Below, piece after piece: positions 17,173 through 31,083 of a stretch of 64,000 nucleotides of DNA. The stretch's first letter is position 1. Each line of letters begins with the position of its first letter. The translations under genes were made by a program, and so were the position numbers. The notes beneath the pieces are model-generated. The model worked only from the letters and a program-made list of their open reading frames with translations. It ran no database searches and was not told where the DNA came from. The stretch lies in assembly GCF_009914755.1 (NCBI RefSeq), contig NC_060936.1. One strand, given 5' to 3'. The DNA is from the human T2T-CHM13v2.0 reference genome, Homo sapiens.

Positions 17173-17371
17173 GACCCCCATTTGTAAATCAGGTGGGTGC
17201 ACTTCAGGTAGATTTATGGCTAAGCTATTTAGCTGTCCTTTTTTCCCATTAAGTTCACACTCCAAAGTCAATTACTTACCAAAATTAAGCTACAGTCAGT
17301 AAAGCTTGCTACTTGACTGACTAAAGAATAAGTACCAAAGCAATATTAAAAGGTCTAACATTAATTTTTCA

Positions 17372-17617
<246 letters not shown>

Positions 17618-18809
17618 TTAGGGTAAATACATTTAACAAAATTTTTCTTGGTGTCTATTTCAGAATGAAATATTCAAAATTATGTTTTTCTGCCTATATA
17701 CAGTGTGTCAAATCATTTCTTTTTGGATGGATATTAACACAGAAATATTTGTTATATTATATTAGACATATAGAAAGTTCTAAGATATGCCAAAGCATAC
17801 GCAGAAGTTTTCAGAAATGATTCTTATTTTCAATGCCACAGGGTATTTTTGAGTTTTTGTTCTGGAAGTATAAAAGTACTTTTGTTAATCTTATTTTATT
17901 GTAATCTTTATTTTTAAACAAAATCATGTGCCTTTAGCTTGAATCCTTATGCCTATGGCAAGATGACCCAATAGATTTAATGGACTTCAATAATTATGAA
18001 GGCTTCCTATAAATAACTGAATATTTGAGAAGTATCCCAATTTAGCACTTAAAAAAGGGAAGTATAGTGATTTTCAAGTGCAGGCTGATTAAATATCTAG
18101 ATCTAAAAAATTCTTCACAACTTTCGAATGAGACATTAAGCTAGGAGCCAGAGGCCAGAGTCAAGTCTTGCCATTTGTATGGCAGCCTCTGTAAAATAAA
18201 TCCTACCACTGTGTTTACCCGGAGGACAAAATGAGATTACACGTTTAAAAGTGATTAAAAATAATAAAGCACCATAAAATTGTAAGCTGAACTGCTGCAG
18301 TTATTATAGTCTGGGTCATCCACAAGGTTCTGAATTTCAAAATGCTTATACTGTGTAGGATGTTGCACTTGAATAGTGATGAAATTGAGAGAAAGTGTAA
18401 TGTATTAATATGTGCTACCACTCAAACACATTGAAATTCACAACAAGTTGCCCTAATTACCAGCATAAAGGCAGCCTGAAAGTCCATTTGGTTCCTTAAA
18501 TAAAAATGGAAAGTTAAATGAGACTTGTAGCAGCATATGAACCTCAATTTTACGTTAAAGCATTGTCTGAAGAAGAAAAGCCTCAGGACATAGTTTTTCT
18601 GATAAGGAACAAAAGTAACAAAAAGCACTTGAGATCCAGAGAGAAACAAAATAAAGATCTCCCCTTGGGTTATTTGACAGGTAATTATACACATAATATT
18701 TTTGTCCTAAAAACAATTAATTGAACTTTTTTTTATTTTATATTTCCAAGAGTTACCAGCGTTCAAGGGCTGGCTCCACATAACAAAATCACTAAAAAAG
18801 TATCTTCTT

Positions 18810-19316
18810 ATCAAAATGGCCTAATGTTCCCCTCAACTTGACTAAACTTGTAGAAAGTTCCTTCCTGACTATAAGACCCTGACCGCTCTTTTCTTACAGC
18901 TCTCACTTTAGAAAACTTGCAATTGTAAATTCTTCCTCTGCACCTTTGAGATGTAAATCTTCTACAACCAAGGAGTATCTTTCTCAAGGACATGGAAGGC
19001 ATCCCTTTGAAATATAAACATCAAGAAAAACAGCAGCCCTATCTTCCAGTCTCCGTGAGAAGATAGAAGCCTAACTTCAATAAGAACCAATTAGCAAACA
19101 GAGATGGCCTAAGCACACAAACCAACTTCCGGGCTAATGTCCTCTAGGACTTTTCCAGTAGCTCACCTCAGCAAGCACAAACACTCCAACCTTTTGTTTT
19201 GGAGTAGTTGAGTTCAATTTTTGTCCTCTGTTGTAACAGTCTTGACCCCTTTGCAATGGTCTTAAATAAAGCCTTTCTTGCCTTTTTAATGTGTCCAGTG
19301 TGATTTTTCTTTGACA
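18810..19316 (+). mobile_element. ERV1 solo LTR (MER31/MER67-like)
   Basis: cccctcaacttgactaaact...tttagaaaacttgcaattgtaaattc...aataaa...ctttgaca end. Confidence 0.7.
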
Positions 19317-19414
19317 CTTGCTTCTAAAGTAGGGACTTTGCCACTTGATCCAAAGCCCAGTGGAATCAGAGATTTAAAAATACCATTACTAGACTAAATG
19401 GTTATTTAACACAA

Positions 19415-19713
19415 CTCTCATGCCTGAAATCCTAGCACTCTGGGAGGCTGAGGCAGGTGGACAGCTTGAGCCCAGGAGTTTGCAACCAGCCTGGCCAACA
19501 TGGTGAAACCCTGCCTCTACAAAAAATACAAAAATCAGCTGGGTGTGGTGGCATGTGCCTGTAGTCTCAGCTGCTCAGGAAGCTGAGATGTGGGAGATCA
19601 CTTGAGTCCGGGAGGTCAAGGGTGCAGTGAGCCCCTGATAGTGTCACTGTACTCCAGCCTGAGCAACAGAGCAAGACCCTGTCTCAAAAACAAACACAAA
19701 CAAACAAACAAAC
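19415..19713 (+). mobile_element. Alu (J-type, slightly 5'-truncated)
   Basis: Diverged Alu dimer with (aaac)n tail. Confidence 0.9.
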
Positions 19714-20507
19714 GAATACTTCCCCCAACTCTCAAACTCACAAATATAGAAGAGTTTTAATCCAATGGTGACAATATGGCAAATACTTTTACTTCACTAT
19801 GAAAACTGTAAATAAAAAAATATAATTAGTACCCCAGAACATTTAAACATTTTAACCTAACATGCATAGCTGGGCCCTTTGTACCCATACAAAGATGTCA
19901 CCTATCTCTTTCCAGCATCTTCCTCTACACCAGTCTCTTCACATTACTGCTAATGATACTTTCCCTCCCACCTCTACCTCTCAAGTTGCCACCCTGTCCT
20001 GAAATTCACCTTCTCCTCCTCCAACTTATGTCTCACACATACTAGACAACCCTTTTTGTTTATTCCAGCCCTTATTGTCTTTTCTCTTATACTGTTATGG
20101 ATCTTGTGTTCTATACTAAAAAAAAAAAAAAAATGGCAATTTAAAGTATTGAGTCAACTCCTTGAGTCTGGGACAGTGTTTGTATTTCCTCTGTATCTGC
20201 AAAGATGCTTTTAAACAATGAATTTGTAGTAGGTTAATAACATTGGGGCCCAACTAATAGCCATAATAATTATAACACGGAACTTAACATGTATTGACAA
20301 TTTTATATCATAGCTCACTTAACCCTTTCAACAAACTGACAATATGTATACTTTTGTTATACCCAATATTATCAAAATTATATCTGATTTTGCTTTAGAG
20401 ATGTACTATACCTTTGTAAGAAACTCACAGTTCAATAGAATATTTTTAAGAGTTTATTGAGACATAATGGCATAAGTTACGTATTAACCATTTAAAATAT
20501 ATAATTC

Positions 20508-20835
<328 letters not shown>

Positions 20836-21363
20836 TTACTATATTCATAGTTATGTGCAATCATCACTATAGTTAATTTCAGAACATTTTTATCACTTCA
20901 AAAAGAAACCGTACCCATTAGTTACCACCCTAGCCCTAAATAATCACTAATCGTCTTTTTGTCTCCATTGATTTGTCTCTTCTTGACAGTTCATAAAAAC
21001 AGAATCACATAACATGTGATCTTTTGTAACTAGCTGCTTTCACTTAGCTTATAGATCTCAACAACCATCTATCTTATAGCCTGCATGTATTAGTGCTTTA
21101 TTTTTGTTTATTGCAGAATAGTATTCCATTGTATGGATTTTATCATTTATCACTTGTTAGACATTTGGGTTGCTTCCACATTTGGGATATTATGCTGTTA
21201 TATATATTCACGTATAAGTTTTTTTGCTGACATATGTTTTTAAGTCTCTTGAGTATATATCTAGGAATGAAATTGCTAGGTCATATGGTAACTCTATATT
21301 TAACAATGTGAGGAACTTAGCAAAGTGTTTTTCTAAAGTGGCTGTACAATTTTACATTCCCAC

Positions 21364-21764
21364 TGATATAGTTTGGATGTTTGTCCCCTCCAAATCTCAA
21401 TGTTGGTGATGGGGACTGGTGGGAGGTGTTTAGGTCATGGGGTAGGATCCCCCATGAATGGCTTGGTACCATCTTCCTAGTAATGAGGGAAGTTCTCACT
21501 CTGTTAGTTCACGTGAGAGGTGGTTGCTAAAAGGAGCATGGTACCTCCTCCTCTCTCTCTCTCTCTTGCTCCCAACATGTAATATGCTGACTGCCCCTTT
21601 GCATTCCATCATGATTGAAAGCTTCCTGGGCCTCACCAGAAGCCAAGCAAATGCTGGTGCCATGCTTATACAGCCTGCAGAACTGTGAGCTAAATAAACC
21701 TACTTTCTTTATAAATTACCCAGTCTCAGGTATTCCTTTACAGCAATGCAAATGAAACAACACA
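21364..21764 (+). mobile_element. MaLR solo LTR (MSTB-like) nested in L1M
   Basis: tgatatagtttggatgtttgtcccctccaaatctca...taaattacccagtctcaggtattcc; L1 sequence resumes across it. Confidence 0.85.
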
Positions 21765-23854
21765 ATCACCAACAATGTTATGAGGATTCTGATTTCTTCA
21801 TATCGTCACCAGCACTTGTTATTTGACTGTTTTCTTACAGTCACCCTAGTGGGTATGAAATGATATCTCATTATAGTTTCGATTTGGATTTCCTGATGCC
21901 TAAGTTGGCCAAGAATCATTTCATGTGTTTATAGGCCACTTGTATATCCTTCTTTGGAGAAATATCTATTTAGATCCTTTGCCCACTTTTAACATTGGAT
22001 TATTTGTCTTTTTATTGAATTGTAAGTTATTTATATATTCTAGGTTCAAGTCCCTCATGAGAGGTATGATTTGCGAACATTTTTTCCATTTTGGGGGATG
22101 TCTTTTCATTTTCTTGATAGTGCCCTTCAAAGCATAAAAAGTTTTGATTTTGAAGTTCATTTTACCTATTTTGTTGTTGTTGTTGCTCATGAGTTTGGTA
22201 TCTTATTTAAGAATCAACTGCCAAATCCAAGGTCATGAAGATGCATCCCTATGTTTTCTTCTGAGAATTATATAGCATTAGCTTTTACATTTAAGTATTT
22301 GATCCATTTTGAGTTAATTTTCGTATGCGAGGGAAGAGTCCAACTTCCTGCTTTTGCATGTGGCTATCCAGTTGTCCCAGCACCATTTGCTAAGACCAGT
22401 CTTCCCCCGTTGCATTGTTTTGGTATTCTTCTTGAAATCAGTTGACCTTAGACATCAGGGTTTACTTTTGCAAACTTGTATCCATTTCATTGATCTGAAT
22501 AATCATCTTTATGCCAGAAGACACTGTCTTAATTACTGTTGCTTTGTAGTAAGTTTTAAAAGTGAGAAATGTTGACTCTTCCTACTTCAATGTTCTTTTT
22601 CAAGTTTGTTTTAGCTCTTCTGGATCCTTTGCAATTTCATATTAATTTCCGTATGAATTTCCTCCAAAAAGTCCTTTCAGACTTTGATAAGGATTGCTTT
22701 AAATAAATTTCATATTAATTTCCATATGAATTTCTTCCAAAACATCCTTTCAGATTTTGATAAAGATTGCTTTAAATCTGTAGATCACTCTGGGGAATAG
22801 TGCCACCTTAACAATGTGGAGTTTTCTAATCCAAAAGCATGGCTGGTTTCTCTCTTTATTTTCATTTTTAATTTATTTCAACAATGTTTTCTTCAAAAAA
22901 TAATTTGCACTTATCTTGTTTCAGAGTTGTTGGACTATAAGTTTTGCACTTCTTTTCTCTTGTTTTCCATTCTTTTAACCATATTTGTTTATTTTATGAA
23001 CAGGTATTCACAATCTCACAATCAGTATACTATAAAAAGATTTCCATAAAGAAGTTGCTCTCTAATGTTCTTAGTTCACCTAATTCACTGGTGCTCGTCA
23101 CCTTTTGTTAGTTCATTGTGTATACTTCTAATATTTATGCATTTATATTGTTATGTGCCCCGATCCTTATGTCAAGGACAGCACACTGATAACTGATAAC
23201 TCTGTTCTCTACTTTGCTATTTTCATTTAACAATATATCTTAGAAGTCTTTCCATATTAGTAGAAAGAATGGTCCACTTTCCTTTCTTCTCTCTTTTTCC
23301 CCTACCCTTCCTTCCTTCTTTCCTTCCTTCCTTCCTTTCCCTCATTCTTACCTTTTGGTGGCTGCATAGTGTTTCATTCTGTGGCCGAACCACGGTCTAT
23401 TTCACCAGTACCCAGCTAATATACTCTACGAAGCTTTCTAAACTTTTTTTTTTTACAAATTACTATGAACTATAGCATTTTCTGCGAGTGCAGGTAAATC
23501 TGTATTATATATATTTCCAGAAGAAGAATTGCTAGTTAAATTTATTCGTAAGTATAATATTCCTTTTGATACTACGATAAAGGAAATTGTTTTCTGAATT
23601 TCATTTTCTAATTGTTTCTTGGAAGTGCATTAAAAGAACTGAGTTTTATATATTGATCTTCTATCCTGCAAACTTGCTGAACTTATTTATTGGTTATAGT
23701 AGATTTTCAGTGGATTCTTTAGGATATCCTATATACAAGATCATGCCATCTGCAATAAGGATACTTTTATTTCTCTCCTTCTTATCCAGATATTTTGTAT
23801 TTAGTTTTCTTGCCTAATGGTCTTGGCTACAACCTCCAGTATAATGTTCAATAG

Positions 23855-24269
<415 letters not shown>

Positions 24270-24401
24270 AGGAAGTCCCCTTCTATTTCTAGTTTGTGGA
24301 GTGTTTTCAACATGAAAGTGCACCGGACTTTGTAAAATGCTTTTCCTGCATCAGTTGAGATGATCATGTGGTTTCTGTGTTTTCTTCTATCGACAGGGTG
24401 T

Positions 24402-24766
24402 TGATAATGGTTTGGCTGTGTCCCCACCCAAATTTCATCTTGAATTGTAGCTCCCATAATTCCCATGTGCCATGGGAGAGGCCAGGTGGGAGGTAATTGA
24501 ATCATGGAGGTGGGTCTTTCCCATACTGTTCTCATAATAGTGAATAAGTCTCATAAGATCTGATGGTCTTATAAAGGGGAGTTCCCTTGCAAATGCTCTC
24601 TTGCCTGCCACCATGTAAGACATAACTTTGCTCCTCATTCTCCTTCTGTCATGATTGTGAGGCCTCCCTAGCCATGTAGAACTGTGAGTGAATTAAACCT
24701 GTTTCCTTTATAAATTACCCAGTCTTGGGTATGTCTTTATTAGCAGCATGAGAGAAGACTAATACA
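24402..24766 (+). mobile_element. THE1 (MaLR) solo LTR
   Basis: tgata.tggtttggctgtgtccccacccaaat...gactaataca. Confidence 0.9.
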
Positions 24767-25221
24767 GGTAGGTTATGTTATTTGATTTTTTAGTATTAAA
24801 AATCCTCTCATTGCAAGGACAAATCTTACTTTGTTTGGGTGTGTAATTCTCTTGGTATCAAGATAATATTAACCTCACAAAATGAGCTGGGAAGTAACCT
24901 TCTTTCACATTTCAGAAGAGTTTGTGGAGAATTGGTATTAATTCCTCTTCAGATAGTTGTTAGAATTTACCAGTGAAGCTATCTGGCCCTGGGTTCAGAT
25001 TAACTTTGTGGGTAGTCTTTTAAAAACTACTAATTTAGTCATTTTACTTGTTATAGGTCTACTCTGATTATCTGTTTCTTCTCAAGTCAATATTTCTTCT
25101 CAAATCAAAAATGTTTGTCTTTTTATTTAATAATTTCTTGCTTATCTTAGTTGTTGTGCTAGTATTCATCAGTGAACACAATCTAGTATTTTAAAGCAGT
25201 TGGATTTTAGGTATTATTTCT

Positions 25222-25538
25222 TTTTGTTTGTTTGTTTGTTTTATTTTGTTTTGTTTTTGAGATGGAGTCTCACTGTCACCCAGTTTGGAGTACAGTGGCA
25301 CAATCTTGGCTCACTGTAACCTCTACCTCTTGGGTTCAAGTGATTCTCCTGCCTCAGCCTCCTGAGTAGCTGGGACTGCAGGTGTGTGCCACCACGTTTG
25401 GCTAATTTTTGCATTTTTAGTAGAGATGGGGTTTCACCATGTTGGCCACGCTGGTCTCAAACTACTGACCTCAGGTGATCTGCCCGCCTCAGCCTCCCAA
25501 AGTGCTGGTATTACAGGCATGAGCCACCATGCCTGGCC
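25222..25538 (-). mobile_element. Alu (S-type) with perfect 15-bp TSD
   Basis: ttaggtattatttct at 25207-25221 and 25539-25553. Confidence 0.96.
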
Positions 25539-26619
25539 TTAGGTATTATTTCTATGTTCTATATTATGCTGAATAAAACACGAGTAAAAATAATTAATTG
25601 GAAGCCATAATGTTGCAGAAAGAACGTGACATGCAGTGAAAGCTGAATTAGAGTCTGGTCTTATCTGTAGTTCTAACTCTAGAACTAACAAGTCAAGTGT
25701 GTTTATTAGTAAAAATATTTCCTGGATCTGAATGTCCTCGCTTGTATAAGAAGAAGGTTCAATTAAGTGACCTCTAAGGTACTTTCTTCCCTAAAATTTC
25801 TATTGTTTTGTAAAACGTGAATGATTGTGAAATAAAAATGAAATAAAAAGAATATAAAGTGGGATCCATAGACAATAAGCCATTTGAAAGAAAAAAAAGA
25901 CAAATATAAACTAGTGGCAACTTCTGGTAAAAGTTACATAATGAAGTTAACATTCTGATGATACATAATAACTAATTTCAAATGATTGTTCTGTTTGAAA
26001 TAAAGTTGCTTCAAAATAAAAGCCCACTATCTTTTTTTCTTAAAAGGTTTAATACATAAATTATGAATATCCATACATGGGCTGTTATATATCCGTCCCT
26101 CTGAGTGAATTAGATATTAATGTGTTAACATAAGTAATTATTAAAAATTAATAATTGAGTAAAAGTGAACCAACTTTATAAAGGACAGATACTGTTGAAT
26201 TACATTTATATAAATTCATACATACAAAAGTACTATAAAAATGAGGATTATAACTTAATACACTTCAGAATTATAGTTATAGATGGAAAAGAACAGAGGG
26301 TAGGAGAATGGGTCAGAGATACAATAGGCTTCAGTACATCTAAAATTTGTATTATTTTAAACACATGTAAAACAATGACAATATTTCAATATATAATAAA
26401 TCTGAATGAGACTATTAGCATTTTTGTTATATTATTTCTAGTCTTTTGTATATTTGAACTATTTCACAACATTAAAAAGAAAGAAAAAATTATGTAAATT
26501 TTATATGGAAAACTTCAGAAGTATGTAAATATAGAAATAAATTAACACTTATGAAAATATAAATTTATTTTTCATGTAATTGCTGATGATTTTTATCAGG
26601 GGATAATCAAAACACTCAC

Positions 26620-26666
26620 CGTTTGATGCTGTAAAATCAATAGCCACTGTGAAATTGATTTGCGTC
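26620..26666 (-). CDS. CPNE8: CPNE8 exon, 47 nt, start of vWA domain (G)TQINFTVAIDFTASN(G) with MIDAS DxTxS
   Basis: ttccag|G ACG CAA ... AAC G|gtgagt; phases match both neighbours. Confidence 0.95.
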
Positions 26667-27145
26667 CTGGAATAGAAGTAAACAAGACTCATTAATAATG
26701 AAATAACCTGATAAAAGGAGTTTCTTTTCCATTTCGGTTATATTTTTTAATGTCACTGATTTTCTCAAACGTTAATTAAGAGCAATATATTACAGTACAT
26801 ATTGGATAGCATCAGATAGGCAGTTTTACATGGTAAGAACTTGGCAAAAATATATTTATAGTTACATATATTTATAGTCACATACAATGAAAACTAAAGT
26901 CTCGGGAATAAAAGTAGTTCCTATTTTGGAGTAATTAAGTGACTCATAACAAAGTAGTCAAACTGCAAATAATTATTTTCCAGCCTCAATGCCATCATGT
27001 ATTATTAATTTATGTTTCCAAAATTGTTCTGTAGTAATCGTGAAATTAGCATGTCCTTTAAAGTGTTGCATTGCTAAAATCATCTCTAATAATGTCATTC
27101 CTTAAACTAATTCTTTTTGACAATCCCCCAAACACACGATTTTCT

Positions 27146-28015
27146 CCAGCATCCCTTCCTGATAAAACCCTCAAGAAGCTAGGCATTGAAGGAACACTCC
27201 ACGAAATAATAAGGGCCGTCTATGACAAATTCACAGCCAACATCATACTGAATGGGCAAAAACTGGAAACAATCCTCTTGAGAACTGGAACAAGTCAAGG
27301 ATGCCCACTCTCACCACTCCTATTCCACATAGTATTGGAAGAGCTGGCCAATCAGGCAAGAGAAAGAAATAAAAGGCATCCAAATGGGAAAATAAGTCAA
27401 ACTATCTCTCTTCACACACCACTCGATTCTATACCTAGAAAATCCTAAATACTACACTAAAAGGCTCCTGGAACTGATAAATTCTGCAAAGTTTCAGGAT
27501 ACAAAATCATGTACAAAAATCAGTAGCTTGTTTATATACCAATAATGTTCAAGCTGAGGGCCAAATGAAGAATGCAATCCCATTCACAAGAGTGACACAC
27601 ACACACACAAATATCTAGAATAAATCTAACCGAGGGAGTGAAAATCTAACCATAGAAAAAGCCACAAAAAAGAATAAAGTCATGCCCTTTGCAGCCAACT
27701 TGGATATAGCTGGAGGCCGATACCCTAGGCAAATTAATGCAGGGACAGAAAGCAAACACCACGTATTCTTCCTTATAAGTGCGAGCTAAACATTGGGTAC
27801 TCATGGACATAAAGATGGCAACAACAGACACTGGAGACTACTAGAGGAGAGATGGAAGAAGGGTGGCTTGAGGGCTGAAAAATGAACTGTTGGGTACTAT
27901 GCTCAGTACCTGGGTGACAGGATCATTTGTAACCTTAACCTCAGCATCACACAATATATCCAGGTAACAAACACGCACATGTAATTCTTGAATCTAAAAT
28001 AAAAGTTGGAAAAAG
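27146..28015 (+). mobile_element. 5'-truncated older L1PA (L1PA15/16-like) with internal deletion
   Basis: ORF2 RT-like peptide ([10 protein letters not shown]) joined near 27647 to ORF2 end/3'UTR; TSD aaacacac(g/aag)attttct. Confidence 0.85.
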
Positions 28016-28193
28016 AAACACACAAGATTTTCTTTTGCTTTCTTCAGAAATGAAGTATTTCAGACACTAGTCTCCCATTGCTTACAGCATTTCTCTTTGT
28101 GTGTTTGTGTGTATATGTATGTGTGCGTGTGTGTGTGTGTGTATTTACAGATATAGATAAATACAGATATATACTGATTGATAAAATATGTTA

Positions 28194-28555
28194 CAAAATG
28201 CTCCTCAACTTGCAGTGGGGTTACATCCTGATAAATCAACTGTAAGTTGAAAATATTTTAAGTCAAAAATGCATTTAAATACCTAACCTAAGGAAAGTCA
28301 TAGCTTACTCTAGCCTATTTTACTGTGTTCTGAACACTTCCATTAGCCTATAGTTGGGCAAAATAATCTGGCAACACAGTACACTGTGGAGCATCAGTTG
28401 TTTACCCAGTGATCCTGTGGCTGATTGGGAGCTGTGGCCACCGTCCAGCATCAGAAGAGAGTATCATGCTGCTTTTCTTTCTACTAAATGTGTATTGATT
28501 TTGCACTATGGTAAAGAAAAATCTTGCTGAATTATTGTAAGCTGAGGACCATCTG
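28194..28555. mobile_element. TcMar-Tigger DNA transposon (MER47/Tigger5-like)
   Basis: caaaatgctcctcaacttgc ... gtaagctgaggaccatctg imperfect TIRs; MER47-like interior. Confidence 0.75.
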
Positions 28556-28575
28556 TGTGTGTATGTATGTGTATA

Positions 28576-28612
<37 letters not shown>
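28555..28612. repeat. (TG)/(TA)n microsatellite
   Basis: Direct reading. Confidence 0.9.
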
Positions 28613-28615
<3 letters not shown>

Positions 28616-30781
28616 AATTTCGGCACATGGTTGTTACCCAAACTTATTTTAGTGAATTAGTTTAGTTTTTTTTTTTTTTTTTGCTGATGGAAACTAATGA
28701 GGTAGTGGTAGTCACATAAGAAATTCACTTTTTTGAGTATACCTATGACTCTATATGTAATTCCATCTCTTCCTTACCAGGGAAAATATAAAAACACAAA
28801 TACATGACAATGCTATAAATACTGTAATAACCTGGAATCACATCTAATCTACAAAATAATTTTTAATTAAAAAGTAAATCATCTGAAAACATGAGTACTT
28901 TGACTATTTTTTAGCAACAAATTACTTTTGACACACAGCACAATTGATTTAACACTTCCAATTTTGGAACTATTGGATAAATAATGATGGGATTTAAATA
29001 AAGCAATCCGATTCTGCTATTACAGCATAGGGTCTCTTGTAGTCCTCTTAGTAAAAACTATTGTGACATTTCCTTCTTTCTCCAAATATTCGGCCTGGAA
29101 AGACCTAAATACAATGCAGGGATTGAATCAAATTCACACATTTTTTTTCCTACGGAAACAACAACCTTTCTTGCTTATATTTAACAAAAACTAGTATAGA
29201 TTCCCTTTATATTAATAGTTATATGGTATTTTTTTCTCAGAGTAGAAATCAGGTTTATAGGCTAAGAATATAGGCTAATTTGGAGCATAACACTAACCAG
29301 CATGAACCTAAGTGAGTACAAACTTTTAGAAAAAGAATATAGTAAGACTTCTGGGAGAACATTTTCAGATAAAAGCCCCTTTGAGGGATTGAAAAGAACA
29401 ATCACCATCAGCACATTGCTTCGTCATGCTGTGGTAGGGAGAGAAATGACTGTGATACATGGCAGTAAGGTAGATTAGAAAGGGTGTGGATTTTGAATCT
29501 GAATGAACTGGGTTTGAGTCCCAGCAACCCAGTTGGTGACCTTAGCCAAATTTCAAAACTCTTGGAGGGCAGGTACCTGGCAGATAGAAAAAAAATGAGA
29601 ACTGAAAGGAAACAACATGAGATATTACATATACATTTTATTTTACACACATAATATATATATACATATATCATAAGATATTCACATTATACATATCACA
29701 CATTATATATAATGTGATGTTACATGGCTTGTACCAGTTAACCACAAAATAATTTTAAAGAGAAGATACTATCATCCTCTTTTTACAGAGAAGGAAATCT
29801 ATGCTCACAAAACTTAATAATTTCTATGCCAGTAATAAACAACAGCATTGGAATTTGAATTCACATTCAACTAATCTGTTTCTCCAGTTAAATATTTGCA
29901 AACTTTCTGGCTATAATAGGCACACAATAAAGGATATGGATTATATTATTAATATTATGCCATAATCCTAGAAAAAAACTAAACAGATGTTCTTTTTTGT
30001 GTGTGACCAAATGAGCTTTTAATATAAAGAGATTAATCCTCCTGAAAATCAATAACAAACCCAAATTTGATCTGAATATTTTACGAAGTTTGCTGAAACC
30101 TGTGTTCTACAGGTTTTGATAAAGGAAGTTTTGGTTTTGAAGAAACACTGAATTTTATCCATTGATTTTCTCATGAGAAATGGGATTCTTCTATCAGATA
30201 TAGACAGTAAATATTCTTAATGATAAAAAAATCTGGATATAATCTCATGCTTGGGCAAATTTTTCCTTCTATCAAATATGTTATCAAGTATATAAATAAC
30301 AAAATAATATGTATATATTCTTTTTATGTTATTTTATTCAAATAACACCTCATTAGGAATAAAAAATAACTTTGAGCTTTAAGAATATATGTTTTAGCAG
30401 ATTATAAAGATCAATTTAGAAGTCCAGTCTTTGGTTCAATCTCTGTACACTGTAGGAGAAGACACATTACTATCTTGATTCAACTCTCTCTTGCAACAGT
30501 GTCTGCACAATGCTTTCCACATATTGAAACCTCACTGTGTTCACTGGGCAAATGGATACGTTTGTTTATGACTGTTTCTAACTTGTTCTCCAGGGTAGCC
30601 CAGAATGCTACAGCATAACCGTCAGCTTCCTAGAAGCACTGGTTGCAGATACAAGACTTCAGTAGTCATAGATGCAAACGTCCTCTCAAAGACAAAGTTG
30701 TCCCTACCAAAGCTACAAAGAAAAGTTATGGCTATTTGCTAAAGAACCATACATAAGAGTTAAAAAGAAGAAGAGAGCAGA

Positions 30782-31083
30782 GGACAGGTGCAGTGGATCC
30801 CACCTGTAATCCCAGCATTTGAGAGGCTGAGGTGGGAGGATCACTTGAAGCCAGGAGTTCCAGACCAGCCTGGGCAACATACTGAGACCCAGTCTGTATA
30901 GAAATTTTAAAAAATAACCAGGTTGGGTGGTGTACACTTGGAGTCCAAGCTACTTAGGAGGCTGAGGTGTGATGATCTCTTCAGCCTACGAATTTGAGGC
31001 TGCGGTGAGCTATACTTGCACTGCTGCACTCCAGCTTGTGCGACAGAGTGAGACTCTGTCTGTTAAAAAATGAAAATAAAAAG
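30782..31083 (+). mobile_element. Alu (J-type)
   Basis: Diverged dimer; gagcaga on both flanks. Confidence 0.9.

Noticed and set aside
28666-29330. Orphan poly-T followed by 3'UTR-like sequence (possible retrocopy)
   Set aside because: No TSD, correctly placed poly(A) signal or coding remnant found; the A-run on the sense strand would more likely cause internal oligo-dT priming. A BLAT search would settle it.
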